A DNA stretch of 64,000 bases, taken from positions 429,557 through 493,556 of the forward strand of contig MU006093.1 of NCBI GenBank assembly GCA_010093705.1, read 5' to 3'. Position 1 is the first letter of the stretch. Each line of letters opens with the position of its first letter. Of the stretch, positions 11,618 to 25,963 are shown in pieces. Source of the DNA: Patellaria atrata CBS 101060 (taxonomy: Eukaryota). A model generated the notes under the pieces. The model ran no database searches and was not told where the DNA came from. It was given only the letters and a program-made list of their open reading frames with translations. A program made the position numbers and the translations under genes.

Positions 11618-12018
11618 TCAAGCGCGTTGTTGGATATGGCCACAATACCCATTTGACGCATAAATAGGATCAAGCTTACTGGCTGCCGTGAAACGTCGAG
11701 AGCAGTGTTAGCCTGTGAGCAAGTCCTGCCGTCACTGAATATGAATGTCAAGCAGTAGCCAGAGAAATACGCCGTACCACCACAATTCGCCATGTTTAAG
11801 CACGCGACACAGCAATCATATGGGTTAGCGGCGTTTATCCCAATGCGAGTAGCCCCTTGGCCTTGATATCCGTTCGAAATTGGGCTTCCATTGATAATGT
11901 GGACAATATTGGATGAATCGCATGCTAAGCTTAGGGCTGTATGAGGTAGGAGTGAATCGGTAAAGTTCACTATTGTCGGTTCTCCCGTGGACGTCAAAGG
12001 ATCAATTGACTTATACAA
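11618..12018 (-). pseudogene. 5'-truncated, frameshifted remnant of a Cys-rich (PAN/apple-like) fungal secreted-protein gene
   Basis: NPYDCCVACLNMANCGGTAYFSGYC..TC. A 1-nt shift near 11690 restores the ending PIYASNGYCGHIQQRA*. No ATG or signal peptide is recognisable upstream. Confidence 0.4.
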
Positions 12019-14136
12019 TTGATTTGAGGCGTCTATCGTGCGTGTCTCTATTGAGTGAGGTTCGTTCAGACGCCATTCCCCTGTAATACCAAGAGAATTT
12101 CCTAATCGAGGGTGTTTGCGGTCAGGGGCTGACTGATCTCGAAGTTTAACTTTAGAATTTTCACCGTCTTTATTCAGCTAAGCTATCTTACCCAGCCGTG
12201 CCAGCGAATAGTAGCTCGAGTACAGGACTAAATTTGTACTGTAGCTGATAAAATGAGACCATTACTTCTCGTGTTCGCCTATTACCGCGTGTTCGCTGCA
12301 TCGTGCGCGGTGGCTTAATACCGCACGTTTAAGGCCACTCTAGAACTGAATCCTGCCGGCTTGGGAATTTTCGGTATCCCAGGTTGATAATGGTTACTTC
12401 GGCGATTCGATAAATTCGCGGTACCTTCGTATCCTTGTTGCTCGGGTGCAACCGACTGAGTGATTTTGCTCTCATTTTAAGAAGCCCAAGGTTCGAGCTC
12501 TTAAGATTAAAGCCACATTATGCACCGTTGGGATATTTTTCACTTTCTGGAAGTCGACAATTGTCCTCAGCTTCGTATTTGATCTTGCTGGTACTATAGG
12601 GTACCGTACTTTGACACTCACGACACGTCAATACTGGTTTTTGGGCGTGTCGATGTCCTGTCAACTGCACTCTCTTCACGCATCCAGTGCGAAAAGGGCT
12701 GGAATTTTATACCAGTTTGAGATGAATGGCATGACTGCTCCCCTTTTCAGCATTCGGGTTTGACATGGTGCCCACTCAAATGCTAGTTCAGGAGTGTTGG
12801 AACTAATTGATTGCGGGACATCCTCGCCTTGAAAAATATTGAGCTGCAAGCTCAGTATTGATACGATTTGTTCGCCATAAATTCGACTTCGATGGGAGGG
12901 TGCAAAAGAAAAGAATAATTATCTCGAAAAAGGTAGAGAGTTAGCTTGATTAGCAGAGTCGGATTGAATTACCGCCTTACCATAGGACTGGTGCGGCTGA
13001 GTATATAACAAGCTTTGGAACATAGCACCAGGAACTCCAATACGTCACTCTCTACCACTCCCCTTGCTGGTACACTCGTGGCTGACAATTCATATTGCTC
13101 TACTTTCCTGTACACTTTGATCCAACTGTATCCAAGGTGTGGACACGAACCTAAGGAGCGGAATTTACCTAACAGTGAACTATTTCTGATAATCAGAGTT
13201 TGCAAAAGGTGGAGAGTCACTCACACTTCAGATATGACAGTAAACACCTTTAAGTGCAATAACAGTACGACAGCCAAGGAATGGTGGGTTCGGAATTGTT
13301 AGATTCAGAGAAGGGAAGTGATAGCTCCGAGGAAAAAAACAATGCGTTGCCGTACAGGAAGCAAAGCTAAATCGAACAGCATTAGATTGACGTCCCACAA
13401 TAATCATGCATGGTATCGCAAATTCCATAGACTCCTCGCCTCCCAGCACCCAATTCGTATCCTCAAGTTGTTTTGCTCTTACACAATTTCGTGCTAAACA
13501 GAACCGATCTACAACCCGAAGGACAACCCCACCTGTTGAACTATTCGGTCACATTCGCCACTAGAGGTTCCACGATGTGTGTGCTTGTCTCTTCGCGGCC
13601 AGAGGAAGAGCGTGATAGAACTCGATTTTATGAGTATGGATGGGACTCTGTTGATAAGGCCGGCCGGCGGCGAACAGTGTAAGTAGTAGATAAATAACGA
13701 TGCTTGAGAGCCTCGTGGCTACAGAGTTTCCTTAGGACGTAGTAGTTGATGAAGTCTAATCATCTGTTAAATTCAACGGACCAAAACCAGTTGAGGAGAA
13801 TAAACGAGGATTCATTTCGCAGTTTGCAACAAGCTCCTGGGAAATTGTACAGAGCAAGAACTCGACCGATAGTTGCAGGCACGCCCCGTAAGACCAAGGT
13901 ATAGGTAAGGTAGTTACATGCCAGAGAAGGTTTATCGGCCAAAGTAAGGTAACGAGACGGCGTTTAACGGGGTTCTGATAGTCAGGAAGGAGCTCTTCAA
14001 ATTTGGCAAGTAACAACAGTCTGCCATAATTTCGAGTCGATAAAGATTGAACGGATACTGTGACTGTGCTTCTAACAGTCAAATCATGGGATATGTATAT
14101 CTTGAGAAACAAGTCGCAGGACCAAGAACATCTCCC

Positions 14137-16097
14137 TCAATCGCTAAACCCATTAAATTCTTCATCTTCTGCTTGAGTCGTTAACCGGACCTGTTCAATC
14201 ATAGCATTCAACTTTTCCCTCTCCTGTCGTTGTTCTGGAGTCATCTTCTCGTACTTCTCCTTCTCTCTTCTCGCATGTTTCTTTTCCCTTCGTATCTCTC
14301 TAGTCTCTTTCACTTCCTTCTTGTGACTCCATGCTTGAGTTTGCCTCTTGACTTCCACCGGTCCTTTCTGTTCACCCCTTTCTTGACGTTGCTTTCGCTC
14401 CTCAAGTTCCATCTTTCGATGCTTTTCCCTTTGCTTATCTTTGAACGCATAATTTTCAAAATCGATACTCAATCCCAACTTCCAATCTCCATTCCAGTTC
14501 TTTAACTCCGGCATCCGCGGCATCTTCAATAGACCCCACGCGTTCGCAATGTCTCCCCACTTCAGATCAGTGACCCGAAAGATACTATTCGCTTCGTGCT
14601 TTCTATACGCTTGTACCCAGCTAACAAACGCTCGTTGAGCTTTCTCATGAATAGCGCGATCTTGAAGCACCAATCTTCTGATTTGTTCCGTCGTACTTAT
14701 GGCGTCTGCTGCAGATACACTTATAACAGGATTTGATAATTGTGAAATAGGTGTATTACGGACGGACAAATAGGGGACGTAGTCTTCCTCAGAGCCCGTC
14801 GTGAGAAATGTGACTGCTAACCCCTTGCGGCCTGCTCTTCCTGCGCGACCACATCTGTGGAGGAATTGTTTCGGATCACTCGGTGGGTCCAATTGAACAA
14901 CGAGATCGACTGATGGTATGTCAAGTCCTCGAGCTGCGACATCGGTCGTGAGTAATACCGAAGGCTCTACTGAATCCACGTACTTGCTAAAGTTTTTCTG
15001 TCGTACATTTGGCTGGTGCTTACCATGGAGGGGGACCACTGTAAACAACGGTAAGAGTAGTGAGAATATGTGCTGGAAATAGTCAACCTGAGCTGTAGTT
15101 GCTACATAAATAATTGATTTTAGTGGACGGGGTTGTAGTGTATGCAATAGGGCGCACACTGCCGAGGTCTTCACGATAGGAGGAGTTGTTATATAAGACA
15201 TTTGGAGCGATGCTGGTGTACGTTTTTCCATCGTACCCGAAGCAGATTTAACCCTTACTGAAATTCGTACGGGATTCCGCAAGCCGACCCGAATAATTTG
15301 ATCCACGGCCTCACTGACGCTTGCACTGAATAAACCAGTTCTACGCTGTTTCGGAAGCCGCTGGAGGATCTTTTGAAGATCATCTTTGAATCCCATATCA
15401 AGAAGTCTGTCAGCCTCATCCATTACAAGGACGTCAAATGATGATTGCGGGCAATGCACATGGCGCGAATTGAGAAGCTCAAGTAAACGGCCAGGAGTGG
15501 CAATTAGGAGATTAGGTGAATTTTTGAGGAACCGGCTTAAATCTTGAGCAGGCGTAGTGGTACCTCCAAGAAGAAGTTGTGGGATGACTTTTGACGACGT
15601 TGAAGAAGCAAACTCGGAGAACTCTAGCGCATTCTCCATCGGTATATCCACATCTTCCTTAGCCTTCAGAGCTGCAGCTGATGGGGCATGAAAGGAAAGT
15701 AAATTGATCAACACAGATGAGATTTGAGTGGCTAACTCCCTTGTCGGGCTGATGATGATTGCGCCGATGTGATGCTTTTCTATAGGTTCTTCTAATCGTA
15801 AGAGCCTTTCTACAATTGGAATGAGAAATGCCAATGTTTTACCACTTCCCGTAACGGCCTATACATTGTCAGAATAACTAGAAGGCCTCATTGGAATAAC
15901 GAGAATACCTCTACAACAACATCTTTGTTACCCATAAATAAGGGGATAGCGCTGGCTTGAACAGGTGTCATCCGTAAAAATCCCATACTGTCTACCGCTT
16001 GCAAGATCCATTCTGATAAAGATGGTGTAAGAGCATCCCAAGCTCTTGAGGCCCCTTGAGGGGCTTTACTGCCCTTGTCTTGATTTTCCGAAACCAT
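14137..16097 (-). CDS. SPB4: ATP-dependent rRNA DEAD-box helicase Spb4/DDX55
   Basis: Exon 16097-15909, intron 15908-15859, gives [13 protein letters not shown] motif (MTPVQ), [47 protein letters not shown]. Confidence 0.95.
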
Positions 16098-16917
16098 AAA
16101 TAAGTATGCACAATTTGTTCGACTCCTATGGCTGAAGTAGGGAGAACTTCTCCTATCGTGGCGGAATAAGGGCGTTGAGAAAGATCATGCTCGTCTTATT
16201 CACAAACCTTTAAGATAATTTTTGGTCGTTATCGTTATCTTCACGTGATTGGGCACTAGTTCCAGTTCTGGAATGAAGTGGGTGGCACGTGCGCTAAGAA
16301 GGAAATTCTGTTATTTCTGTAATCTCTGTTTGTCCCATTTGTCTCTATATCGCCGAGTAGTTTGGCAATTAACATGTTAATATTTGTCTCCTCTAGTCAT
16401 TATGAAGCTTTTCCTATGAGTGAAATCAGTTATGAGCCATAAGTGCTTGCCCTGTAGTCAGATTATGTGTAGAAACATCAAAAGAAGTCGGCGGAGGTTC
16501 GGAAACGTGGCCCAACTTCCAAGCCGAAATTTAGTAACTCCGGCTGGCCTTCATAGGAAATTAAAAATCACTTGACATCGCTATGCGCGTGTACTGTAAT
16601 AAGCTCTGATTTTACTGTCATTATACATTTTAAAATATAACACCATAGCTGTGGCCGCTGTATACTCTTCAGGCTCAGACGATGCGCCCGCGCTCTTTGC
16701 ACATGCACCACGTCTGGTTATCCCACGGGAAACAAGTTTGGTAGCCTGTGATGAATCCGCCGTCATAGAGGAAACAGAAGCCAACCCTTCCGCACACGAC
16801 AAACATCACAACATTGCTACCCTTTTAGTGTCTTTCCTCGCATCTGCGCATTCTACAGCGATTGGAGTCATCAGATCGCCGGTCCTTCCGTCCTTTACAA
16901 CCTGCTGGCGTCAGGCA

Positions 16918-18151
16918 ATGTCCTCTTCCCACGTGCCCGCGACCCCGAGGGTCATCTCACCCTCTCCCACTCCTTCCGAGACCAGCGAACACAGCTACTT
17001 TGGGCCGGTAACGCGCTCGATATCACGCGCCAATCGAACAGTAAAATCTCCACCGCCGATAGATGAAGATGGCTCCTCTTCCGATCCTGAAAAACGCGCG
17101 AGAACAAGAAGCCGCAGCCCATTACTAGATGGAAGCAGGAGAAGAAGAATGAGCGGGCTCACCGCTATAAACCCTAAGGGCAGGACATCTTCCATCTCAA
17201 GCTCGAAAGGACTTCGAAAAAGACCAGATTTGGCGCTTCCGAATGGATCCGCGAACGGCCATCTCTCCCCTCAGAGCGCTGCGAAGAATTACTGGAGAGA
17301 GATGAGCCGGAGTCCCAGTCCCCTTGGTCTGATCCCTATACATCAGGAGTGGAGATCTTTTGTATGTTTTAATCTCTACCCCATCAATCCTTTATGCTCC
17401 CGCTGACTCTGTCCTGTAGATCCATCGGCACGAGATTCCTCGCAAAATCCTACACGTCTCCATCGGCTTCTTTTCGCTATACCTCTATGTTGCCGGTTAT
17501 CAACCATCGCAGATACATCCTGTTCTCCTCTCAATGTTAATTCCCATTGCTGCCACGGACTTTATCCGTCACCGTAACCCCTCCGTAAACCACTTCTACA
17601 TTCGATGCCTGGGAGCGTTGATGCGGGAATCGGAAGTCGACGGATACAACGGCGTCATTTCATACCTATTAGGAGTTTTCATTGTCCTTAGGTTCTTCCC
17701 CAAGGATGTCGGTGTAATGGGAGTGTTACTACTCAGCTGGTGTGACACGGCAGCCAGCACTTTCGGAAGGTTGTGGGGAAAGTACACGCCCAAAATAAGG
17801 CGAGGGAAGAGTTTAGCGGGAAGCATTGCTGCGATGCTTACCGGTGTGCTAACCGCAGCTACGTTTTGGGGCTATATCGCGCCTGTTTGGGGTTCGGCAC
17901 TCGATCAAGGGGAACACGCATTTGCGTTCCAGGGATTTCTTTCCCTCCCCTCACAAGTACAAAAACTTGTTGGTGTCAAAGAGACCTCTACTGTCATCAC
18001 TGGCGGTCTTGCACTTGGTGTAATGAGCGTATGGGCAGGTTTTGTGGCAGCGGCTAGCGAGGCTGTTGATCTTTTCGGTTGGGATGATAACCTTACGATC
18101 CCCGTCTTGTGTGGAGCAGGACTTTGGGGCTTCCTGAAGACATTCGCTTAA
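16918..18151 (+). CDS. DGK1: CTP-dependent diacylglycerol kinase
   Basis: ATG 16918. Intron 17362-17419 gives SF/IHRHEIPRKILHVSIG. LMRESE, LLLSWCDTAASTFGR, KSLAGS, DDNLTIP and multiple TM helices. Confidence 0.93.
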
Positions 18152-19201
18152 TTCTTCTTTTTATTTGTAGGGAATCGGGCGTACTGGGCGTTGAATTCTC
18201 GGAGGTAGACAAGAGCGGCAAGTCATAGAGCATAAGGAGAAGGATCGAATATTGGGTTGGACTCGAACGTGCCCTGAGTCTGTAAGAATGTACAATTACA
18301 CCAACATAGCTGCGTAGCGCACGACCATGCGGAATCGGATATTACTAATCTTGATTCATCCTACACCCTAATCTCAGAGTGTGAACTTTGATATTACTCA
18401 TAGTCAAGAACTGACAAGACAGGACTTCCACATCGGATGCTTAGGATACGGTTAAGCATTGTTATTGAAGAAACTTAAGGCAAAAAGCAATGCTCCATCG
18501 GTTCGGCCCGCCTCACGGCGTTCTTGACCACACCCCATAGTGTTGTTCCTTCCAGATGAGTATCAAAAATCATTTCCGATCAGACACATCCGATATATCT
18601 AATATGGAGAATAAGGTACCTGTTAAGGCAAACCACGCCTAGGAAGCGCAATAGTGGGGTTTGCTGAACTCCACGCCCAAGGAACACGAGGTTGAAAGAC
18701 AATCTAAAGATAATCAAGAGGAACACTAACATATTGTGTCTATATCTAACTTCGAAAAGGATATCATACCCCTCGACCGCAGATTGAGATATTTGGTTGT
18801 ATACATAGGAATGGGAAATATGGACAAGAACCGAGTCCGCTCATGGGAGCTTATATCTGGAAAGCTAGGAAATTTGGAAAAGACCGGGGCGGATGATGGC
18901 ATTAACGCTCAATCTTTAGGAAGAAGTAGCGTAGTGGATGCATGTGGCCTTCGTAATGAAGTACCTTCCATTAGGACTGGACTGAAGCAAAAGGAAGGAG
19001 CGCAGAGATCCAAGCTAAGTGAGCTTCTTTCAACGCCAGGGGAAAAATCAACGTACAGATCAAAGCATTTGAACTTGCCCACATCCAATCGACTATCTAT
19101 TAATCGCTAGATATTGGACCTCAGGAACGCGATAACAACGATTAGCTTATGAGAGAACTTCAACTCAGGGCTGCCATCCTAAAGGCGTACTCAACCCTTG
19201 A

Positions 19202-19981
19202 CTAGGAGAACTTCGTTTTTGGTCTTTTTAATTTCTTTCCATCCAAAATCACGTCCACCTTCTCGTTGTAAAAACACAACAAACCGGTTATAGCATGACT
19301 TTCCGGTGTAGGATATCTATACCACCATGCAAGATCTTTGTGGACAGATCCATCATCCAAAACGATATCATAGTACTCGGCTTCCCCTTTGTATGGGCAA
19401 AGCGAGCGAGTATCGCTAGCCCTTAGTAAAGACTGATCGGTCACAGCCGTTTGAGGCAGATAATACCGAACCGGGAGCAATGGCTCGATCAAATGCATCG
19501 ACGAGGAACTTTTTGCCAAAGTCTTCCCGTTTACTTGAATCTCAACAGTCCGTGTGGAAGGTAAAATATCAATTCTCTTCGTCGGATCCTTCGGATGAAC
19601 ATATATCTTCGTGTCTTCCTCGAACCACTGATCCATTTCTCCAAAAGTCGGTCTAACAAGTCCCCTGAGACCTTTCCACTCGGCAATATCGAATAAATGC
19701 AGTACAGTCCCCATACGATCTTTCTGCTTCAGGTGCAGAACCTGTGCTACACCTTTGTCATTCACGTAGATGGTTTCTTTGGAGTCTGGAGATGCCTTAA
19801 GGTTGAAATATGGGAAATAGTACTGAGGATAGTAGGGATGCTCCCAAACATGTTGGCCCTCTGTTGAGTCAATGATGAATGATGAGCCAAAAAGGACTCG
19901 CACCCGTCGTCCAGAGGCTGGTGCAGCACGTACAGGGCCATCATCAAACAGCTTTTTAGCCAAGTCAACAAGGTTTGTCAT
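19202..19981 (-). CDS. Tandem DUF427 (NTP_transf_9) domain protein
   Basis: Intronless 259 aa. VWEHPYYPQYYFP, WFEED, HPKDPTKRIDILPS, PVRYYLP, CPYKGEAEYY, AWWY, FYNEKVD. Confidence 0.88.
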   Translation of the reverse strand: MTNLVDLAKKLFDDGPVRAAPASGRRVRVLFGSSFIIDSTEGQHVWEHPYYPQYYFPYFNLKASPDSKETIYVNDKGVAQVLHLKQKDRMGTVLHLFDIAEWKGLRGLVRPTFGEMDQWFEEDTKIYVHPKDPTKRIDILPSTRTVEIQVNGKTLAKSSSSMHLIEPLLPVRYYLPQTAVTDQSLLRASDTRSLCPYKGEAEYYDIVLDDGSVHKDLAWWYRYPTPESHAITGLLCFYNEKVDVILDGKKLKRPKTKFS

Positions 19982-22249
19982 CTCGTGGAAACTGCGTAAA
20001 AGTTGTTTTCGTGTATTTTGTTGGCTTGCAAATCGAGATAGATCTAGTCATGACGTTCAGACAGATGGCGAAACCCACCACCTAAACTGATCGCTGACTA
20101 ACAAAAAACCTTAACCTTAAGACAACCTACCTGACCTTAAATCCGGGCATGAGCAACAGAATACCAAAAGTCCAAATACGGGACTTGCGACGTACTTTTG
20201 GAATTAGAATGTAGTCCAAAGGATTGCGGCGACTGTATCTATTCAAATATGCGTAGGCATAGTCACACTTTTCTAACGTTTTGCTATGCAGTGGCGTGTA
20301 GGAGGGCTCCGTGTACTTCTGTTTCTGGAGCTAGTCAGCTACGATTTGTCAAGGACTTTGTACCGTGAGCTTGAGCGGCAATAATGATGATAGAAGTACT
20401 GTACAATGTATCAAATGTATGTACTGTAAGTCCAATTATCCCAGTCATTCAGTATGCGATCTTACCATGACTCTTTAGTCTTCAGAACGCAACTCGGGTC
20501 AAGTAGCTGGAGCCTCGAGTGAGTGGTTTTACACTACTCTAATGTATGTAAATGATGGCAGACCAGTCAGATAGTGATAATCTTCCCGAAGCAGTTCCGC
20601 CTGCCAAGACAAACGGGAACGCCGATTCAACTTTCCATTTCTTCTTCTTCCGGCACTCTCTTTTGGTATGGTTGGCCTGATTCTTCTCCTCACGATCCTT
20701 ATCTTGTTTAGTCTGACCCCAGATCTTAGCAAACGCCGGTGCGCTCTTATGCACCTACCTTAAAACCTTTTCCCCACAACAACTCTAACCGTCTCTATGA
20801 TTTACAGCTGGAGAGATTTGTATCCAGTATAATTATTTTATCGTGTGAAGTACTACTGTGTGTCAACACGATCGCGGATATCGGCATGTGGACATGGGGA
20901 AGACGGCTAGGAAACCTTGGATAACACGATGTTGATCACACTTCCCAGGCTGAATTTGGGGGCTCCTTGCAAAACCTTTGCAGGATTTCCTCATGCACGT
21001 CGACCATTCCGCTCCGGGAGTCCGTGTAACGGCAAATGGTCGCCTCAAATACCCCAAGGAGTGGTCACGTACTCCCGTTATTCGTCCATAGCGGCTACAC
21101 AATGCTCTCAACATCTCCAAATTTAAGGCTTCACAAACAGTAAGACATGGGAAAACACAGAACAGGAAGTTAAGAGTAGGTGCAATCAGTGCACCGCAAG
21201 GCGATGGAAGCTTGTCGTGCTTGTGTAAGCTTCAAAGAGCATCATCAAGCCGCTTTCATCATGGTCTCCGGAACCCATGATCATGTCCGGTCAGATCTCT
21301 AGAGAATCGAAGCTGTTAGCTGTGGAGTCATGGCCCCCGGTGTTATGATTTCCTTGGCACCTTTCGCCAGACGCTGGGCATCGTTCGTGCAGACCGCTAG
21401 GAAGTTAAGAGAGCTCTGAGAGTGCTGTGAACTGTGGGCTTTGTGGAGGCGTGAGAACTGAGAGAGCCTTCTGCCATTTTCGTCTGGCGTTTAGGAGAGC
21501 TTGGCGTAGCATTGCCTAGAGAACGCGCCGTGTACGCCCCTCCCCTTGGTCTTCAACTAAACCATACGGGGTATTCCACTCGACTATCACGGGTATTGTA
21601 ACACGATGTCAGTCGAATTTCCCACTTCTACCATTTATCTTAGTCTAACAACGGACTTGCGGTTATACTATGATGGAGAAAAATACTAAACGATGTCACA
21701 TCTTGGCGCAATAGCTTCTCTAAAAGCTTTATGTCTGCTTCAACTGTTCATGTCTACGTCCATGGTTTGCTGGCGCGGCTGATTTTTCAATTGCTCACTA
21801 TTCCTCACACTAGGTCTTGGAGTATCGTTTCACAGCAGGCCTGTCCACTCAGCTGTGGCAATCTATTTAGAAATCTGCCATGCTGCCCATTTTGGTGTGA
21901 AATTCATCTGCATGTTTCTAAGACCCCGGCCTTATTTCACCCAGAAATGCCTCCAGGATTCCAGGGTCCGTGGATCTACACCCCTCAGGCCAAGATGTGC
22001 AATGCTGTGCGATATGTGAAAGTCGAACGGTGATTTACTTCAGTAAATCTGTGTTGCATACGCATGGTCTAAGGGCCCCAGCTATCAGCTTAGGCCTGAC
22101 GTGCCCATGATTTATTTAAATGCCCTCCCTCTGTCCCGGGATAATGGTTGACACAGCTTCATATCCTGGGTCAACCATTCCAGCTCAAAAGCTCTCCTTC
22201 TTCCCCTCCATCAGAAGCTGAGTGTTAACATCCACCTTCCGCGCATTTC

Positions 22250-24579
22250 ATGATGGTCGATCTAAAGGGGGAAACAGTCGGAGCGCATGCCACGCACAAT
22301 GATGGCCTTGAGAGAGGTCGTTTGGACAGTGTTGCTTCGGTCAATCTCAACAAGAATCTTGACGCCAAGTGTGTTCTGTATTCATTGATCTTGTCAGAAT
22401 AAGACTGATGGGACTGCTAGAATCTCGAATCCTCTTGCCGATATTCCACATGATATTCTACTTAAAGACGTAGAAGAATTCGCATTGGAAAAGGGACTTA
22501 CTGATATTACCGATGATTTGAAAAAAGGTGCACTTATTGCGCAAGATCCTTCTCGATTTGATGAAGTTCCAGGCCTAGATGAAGGGGAGCTGTCCATTCT
22601 AAAATTTGAAGAAGCTCACCGATGGAAGCACCCATTTTCACTATACCTTACCATCTTCATCTGCTCCATCGGGGCTGCTGTTCAGGGCTGGGATCAAACT
22701 GGGTAGGTACCAAACATCCTCCGTGTCACTTTCAACTTTTCTGACGGTTTAAAGTTCCAATGGTGCCAATCTATCATTTCCAAGGGAGTTTGGCATCGGC
22801 AATGGCGACAACAAAGGTCACCCAAATAGAGAACGTGATCTTTGGCTCGTGGGTTTGGTCAACGCAGCTCCCTACATCGGCTCTGCTTTCATGTAAGCCT
22901 CCCATAGATAAGGAAGACTTGTGACTCTAATATTATCATAGCGGCTGCTGGCTTTCAGATCCCTTCAACTACTATATCGGCCGTCGTGGCACCATCTTCG
23001 TTTCAGCTGTGTTTTGTGTTATCACTCCGATTGGTGGTGCTGTTTCTCAAAACTGGCCTGAACTCTTTGGAACACGTATCTTGATGGGCATTGGTATGGG
23101 TTTGAAAGGTGAAGAGACATCGATCAATCTATCACCCTATTTATGTGTTAACATGGATCAGGCTCAACTGTGCCGATCTTCGCCGCCGAGAACAGCCCTG
23201 CTAGAATCCGTGGAGCTCTCGTCATGAGCTGGCAAATGTGGACAGCATTTGTGAGTCGCTCATTCTTTTTGCCCTTAAAACTACTTACCATCGAATAGGG
23301 TATTTTCCTAGGTTTCTGTGCCAATCTTGCTGTCTACAAGGTCGGTGATATTGCATGGCGTCTTCAAATCGGTTCAGCTTTTATCCCCGCTGTCCCTTTG
23401 ACACTGGGCATTTTTTTCTGCCCCGGTAAGTGCTTAGCCTAGCGCCTAGCATGATCACCAGCTGATAGATTTAAGAATCACCGCGTTGGTACATGAAGAA
23501 GAACAAGTATGCGAAAGCTTACAAGTCACTTCTCCGTCTTCGTCACCATAAGATCCAAGCAGCTCGCGATCTCTACTATATTCATTCTCAGCTTCAAGTT
23601 GAGCAAGAGATTATTGGAAAGAGCAACTATTTCACTCGATTCGCTCAGCTCTTTACTATTCCGCGTGTTCGCCGCGCTACACTTGCTTCTTTCGTGGTCA
23701 TGATCGCGCAGCAAATGTGTGGTATCAACATCATCGCATTCTATTCCTCTTCAATCTTCCGTGAGGCTGGTGCTTCAGAGAAGGAAGCATTGATTGCCAG
23801 TTTCGGGTTTGGTCTTGTCAACTTCGTCTTCGCATGGCCAGCATTCTTCACTATTGATACTTTCGGCAGACGCAGCTTGCTACTGTAAGTTCCCCGAGCA
23901 AGGAATACCAAAGTTACCTTACTAATTCGAAATTAAGCTTCACATTTCCCAACATGGCTTGGACCCTTCTTGCTGCAGGTTTCTGTTTCTACATCCCCAA
24001 GTCGAGCAGCGCTCACCTGGGCGTGGTTTCTATGTTCATCTACTTATTCGCTGCATTCTACTCTCCAGGAGAAGGTTTGTACCAGAGCCTGTTAATTCCA
24101 TCCATGGAAATTTAACTGACAATATAAAAGGTCCCGTTCCCTTCACCTACTCTGCCGAAGTATTCCCGCTCAGTCATCGTGAGGTTGGTATGGGTTGGGC
24201 AGTTGCAACGTGTTTGTTTTGGGCTGCCGTTCTTTCCATCTCGTTCCCCAAGATTCTCGAGACCTTTACCCCAACCGGTGCTTTTGGTTTCTACGCCGGC
24301 TTGAACATACTAGCATTCATCATGATCTTCCTTTGGGTGCCCGAAACCAAGCAACGCACGCTCGAGGAGCTGGATTACATCTTCGCGGTACCGACGTCGA
24401 AATTCATCGGCTACCAGACCAAGAAGGCCCTTCCATGGTGGTTCCAGCGCTGGGTCATGTTCAATAAGAACGCGAAGCTGGAACCGCTGTATCACTTCGA
24501 TCACGGTATTTCCAGTTCCCAAGCAGCTCCCCAAAGTGAGGTGGTTGAGAAGGATCAGGGTACTGAGAAGGTCATGTAA
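22250..24579 (+). CDS. MFS sugar porter (polyol/myo-inositol-type), multi-exon
   Basis: Spliced: [102 protein letters not shown]. Confidence 0.93.
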
Positions 24580-25963
24580 TCTCCTATTTCATGATCATAT
24601 GTGTTGAGGGGCCAATAGAGGCGGAAATAGATGGTTCTGAGAAGACTTAGACGTTTCATCCTGTACAGACAGGGGCAAGGGGAAATGAGTCGTTAAGCAG
24701 TGTTCTATACCAATCACTACTATCTGATTTTGATCTATTCGTTCTTTTGATTCCTACGGCTATAGTTACCGTTTGTAGTAGCTTCTTTTCTTCCCCTATT
24801 TTCGCCCGCAATTCCGAACACGTCTCTTCGGCAACTTTCAGAATTCTAGTACTTCCAGAACTCCAACCTTGGTGCATTACATATACCAGTATATGAGACG
24901 CATACGTCACGCGCACAGAAACAGTATTCGTGCATATGTACGATCTAAGATCGATCGTCCGAGCTCCCTAGGGGACGGTGCGGTGTACACAGGATCCAGA
25001 GCCAGGATCCCACATACTCACGTGGTCCCCTTCCAAATCCTCTCTACCTACCTACAAGTACCCGACGCCTTGGCATCCCCGGACTCCGCAGTGGGGTACG
25101 AAGGAACTATAAAGCTAGAGCGTGGGTGGCCTTAAATCTAGTCATGTATTGTACCCTTTGTCACTTGGTCGGCTAGCTGCGGTGCGTGTGTGGGATTGTT
25201 CTTTACTACCGTGGTAATTGCTTAGAAGAGTGGCGTGGTGAGCTACGGGGAGGTGGAGAGTGAACGATATGTTCGCTGGATTTACGGTAGGTTTTTCCTT
25301 TGGACTGACTAGTCGACGAGTCAGGTAGTATACTGTACTTATTCACTTAGGGTCAGAAATGTAGAGTGAAGCGATGACGTAGGGGAACATACTGACGATC
25401 CCCTGATGTGGTCGAAAGGAACATATCCTAAGTGTCTTTCCCGTGGCTTGACATATCAACATCTCCCAATGTCCGATTGCTGTCATAATAATGTGTAGAT
25501 AATTCCTGCGGTTCTGTTGCTTTTGTTACAGATATGGTATGTTATTCCTTTGTCCAAGATTCCATCTATGGAGATTTTTTCAGAAATCCCCCTAAGAAAA
25601 TATTCATTCAGTTCCTACCAAAATTATTTCATATCTCACCGGCCATATATTCTGAAACTCTATGAATTCGAATCGCACGAGATATTTTCGTCCACTTTTT
25701 ATTTTTAATTTTTAGATACGAGTGTTGCTTTTCTAGTCCTCTAGGTATTGTATACGCAGTGTGAAATCGAAAATATGTCATGTATCTGTTGAATAGTGTG
25801 ATTAGACAATTGTGACGCTTAAGTAACAGTGAGGTGTCTGTAGATATGATCAGGTCTGCTCCTGCATTGCTCTGAGGTAAGGTAGTCCTGTCTGTAACGA
25901 AACCGTCTTTACTAGACTCTTAGACCTACATTTATTCTACTCTAGAAACCTCCTCATATCCAC

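Noticed and set aside
16651..16917. 89-codon in-frame extension upstream of DGK1
   Set aside because: Starts at GTG, has no targeting-like composition and no other support. ATG 16918 fits the family.
18736..19110. 124-aa GTG-start ORF between DGK1 and the DUF427 gene
   Set aside because: No motif or splice pattern; likely intergenic.
20000..22240. Multiple SYGGRG (CreA-like) hexamers upstream of the sugar porter
   Set aside because: A degenerate hexamer that is frequent by chance; enrichment cannot be shown by eye.
25370..25410. CGATGA..CTGA..CTGA resembling box C/D snoRNA motifs
   Set aside because: Too short, imperfect C box, no terminal stem or recognisable guide.
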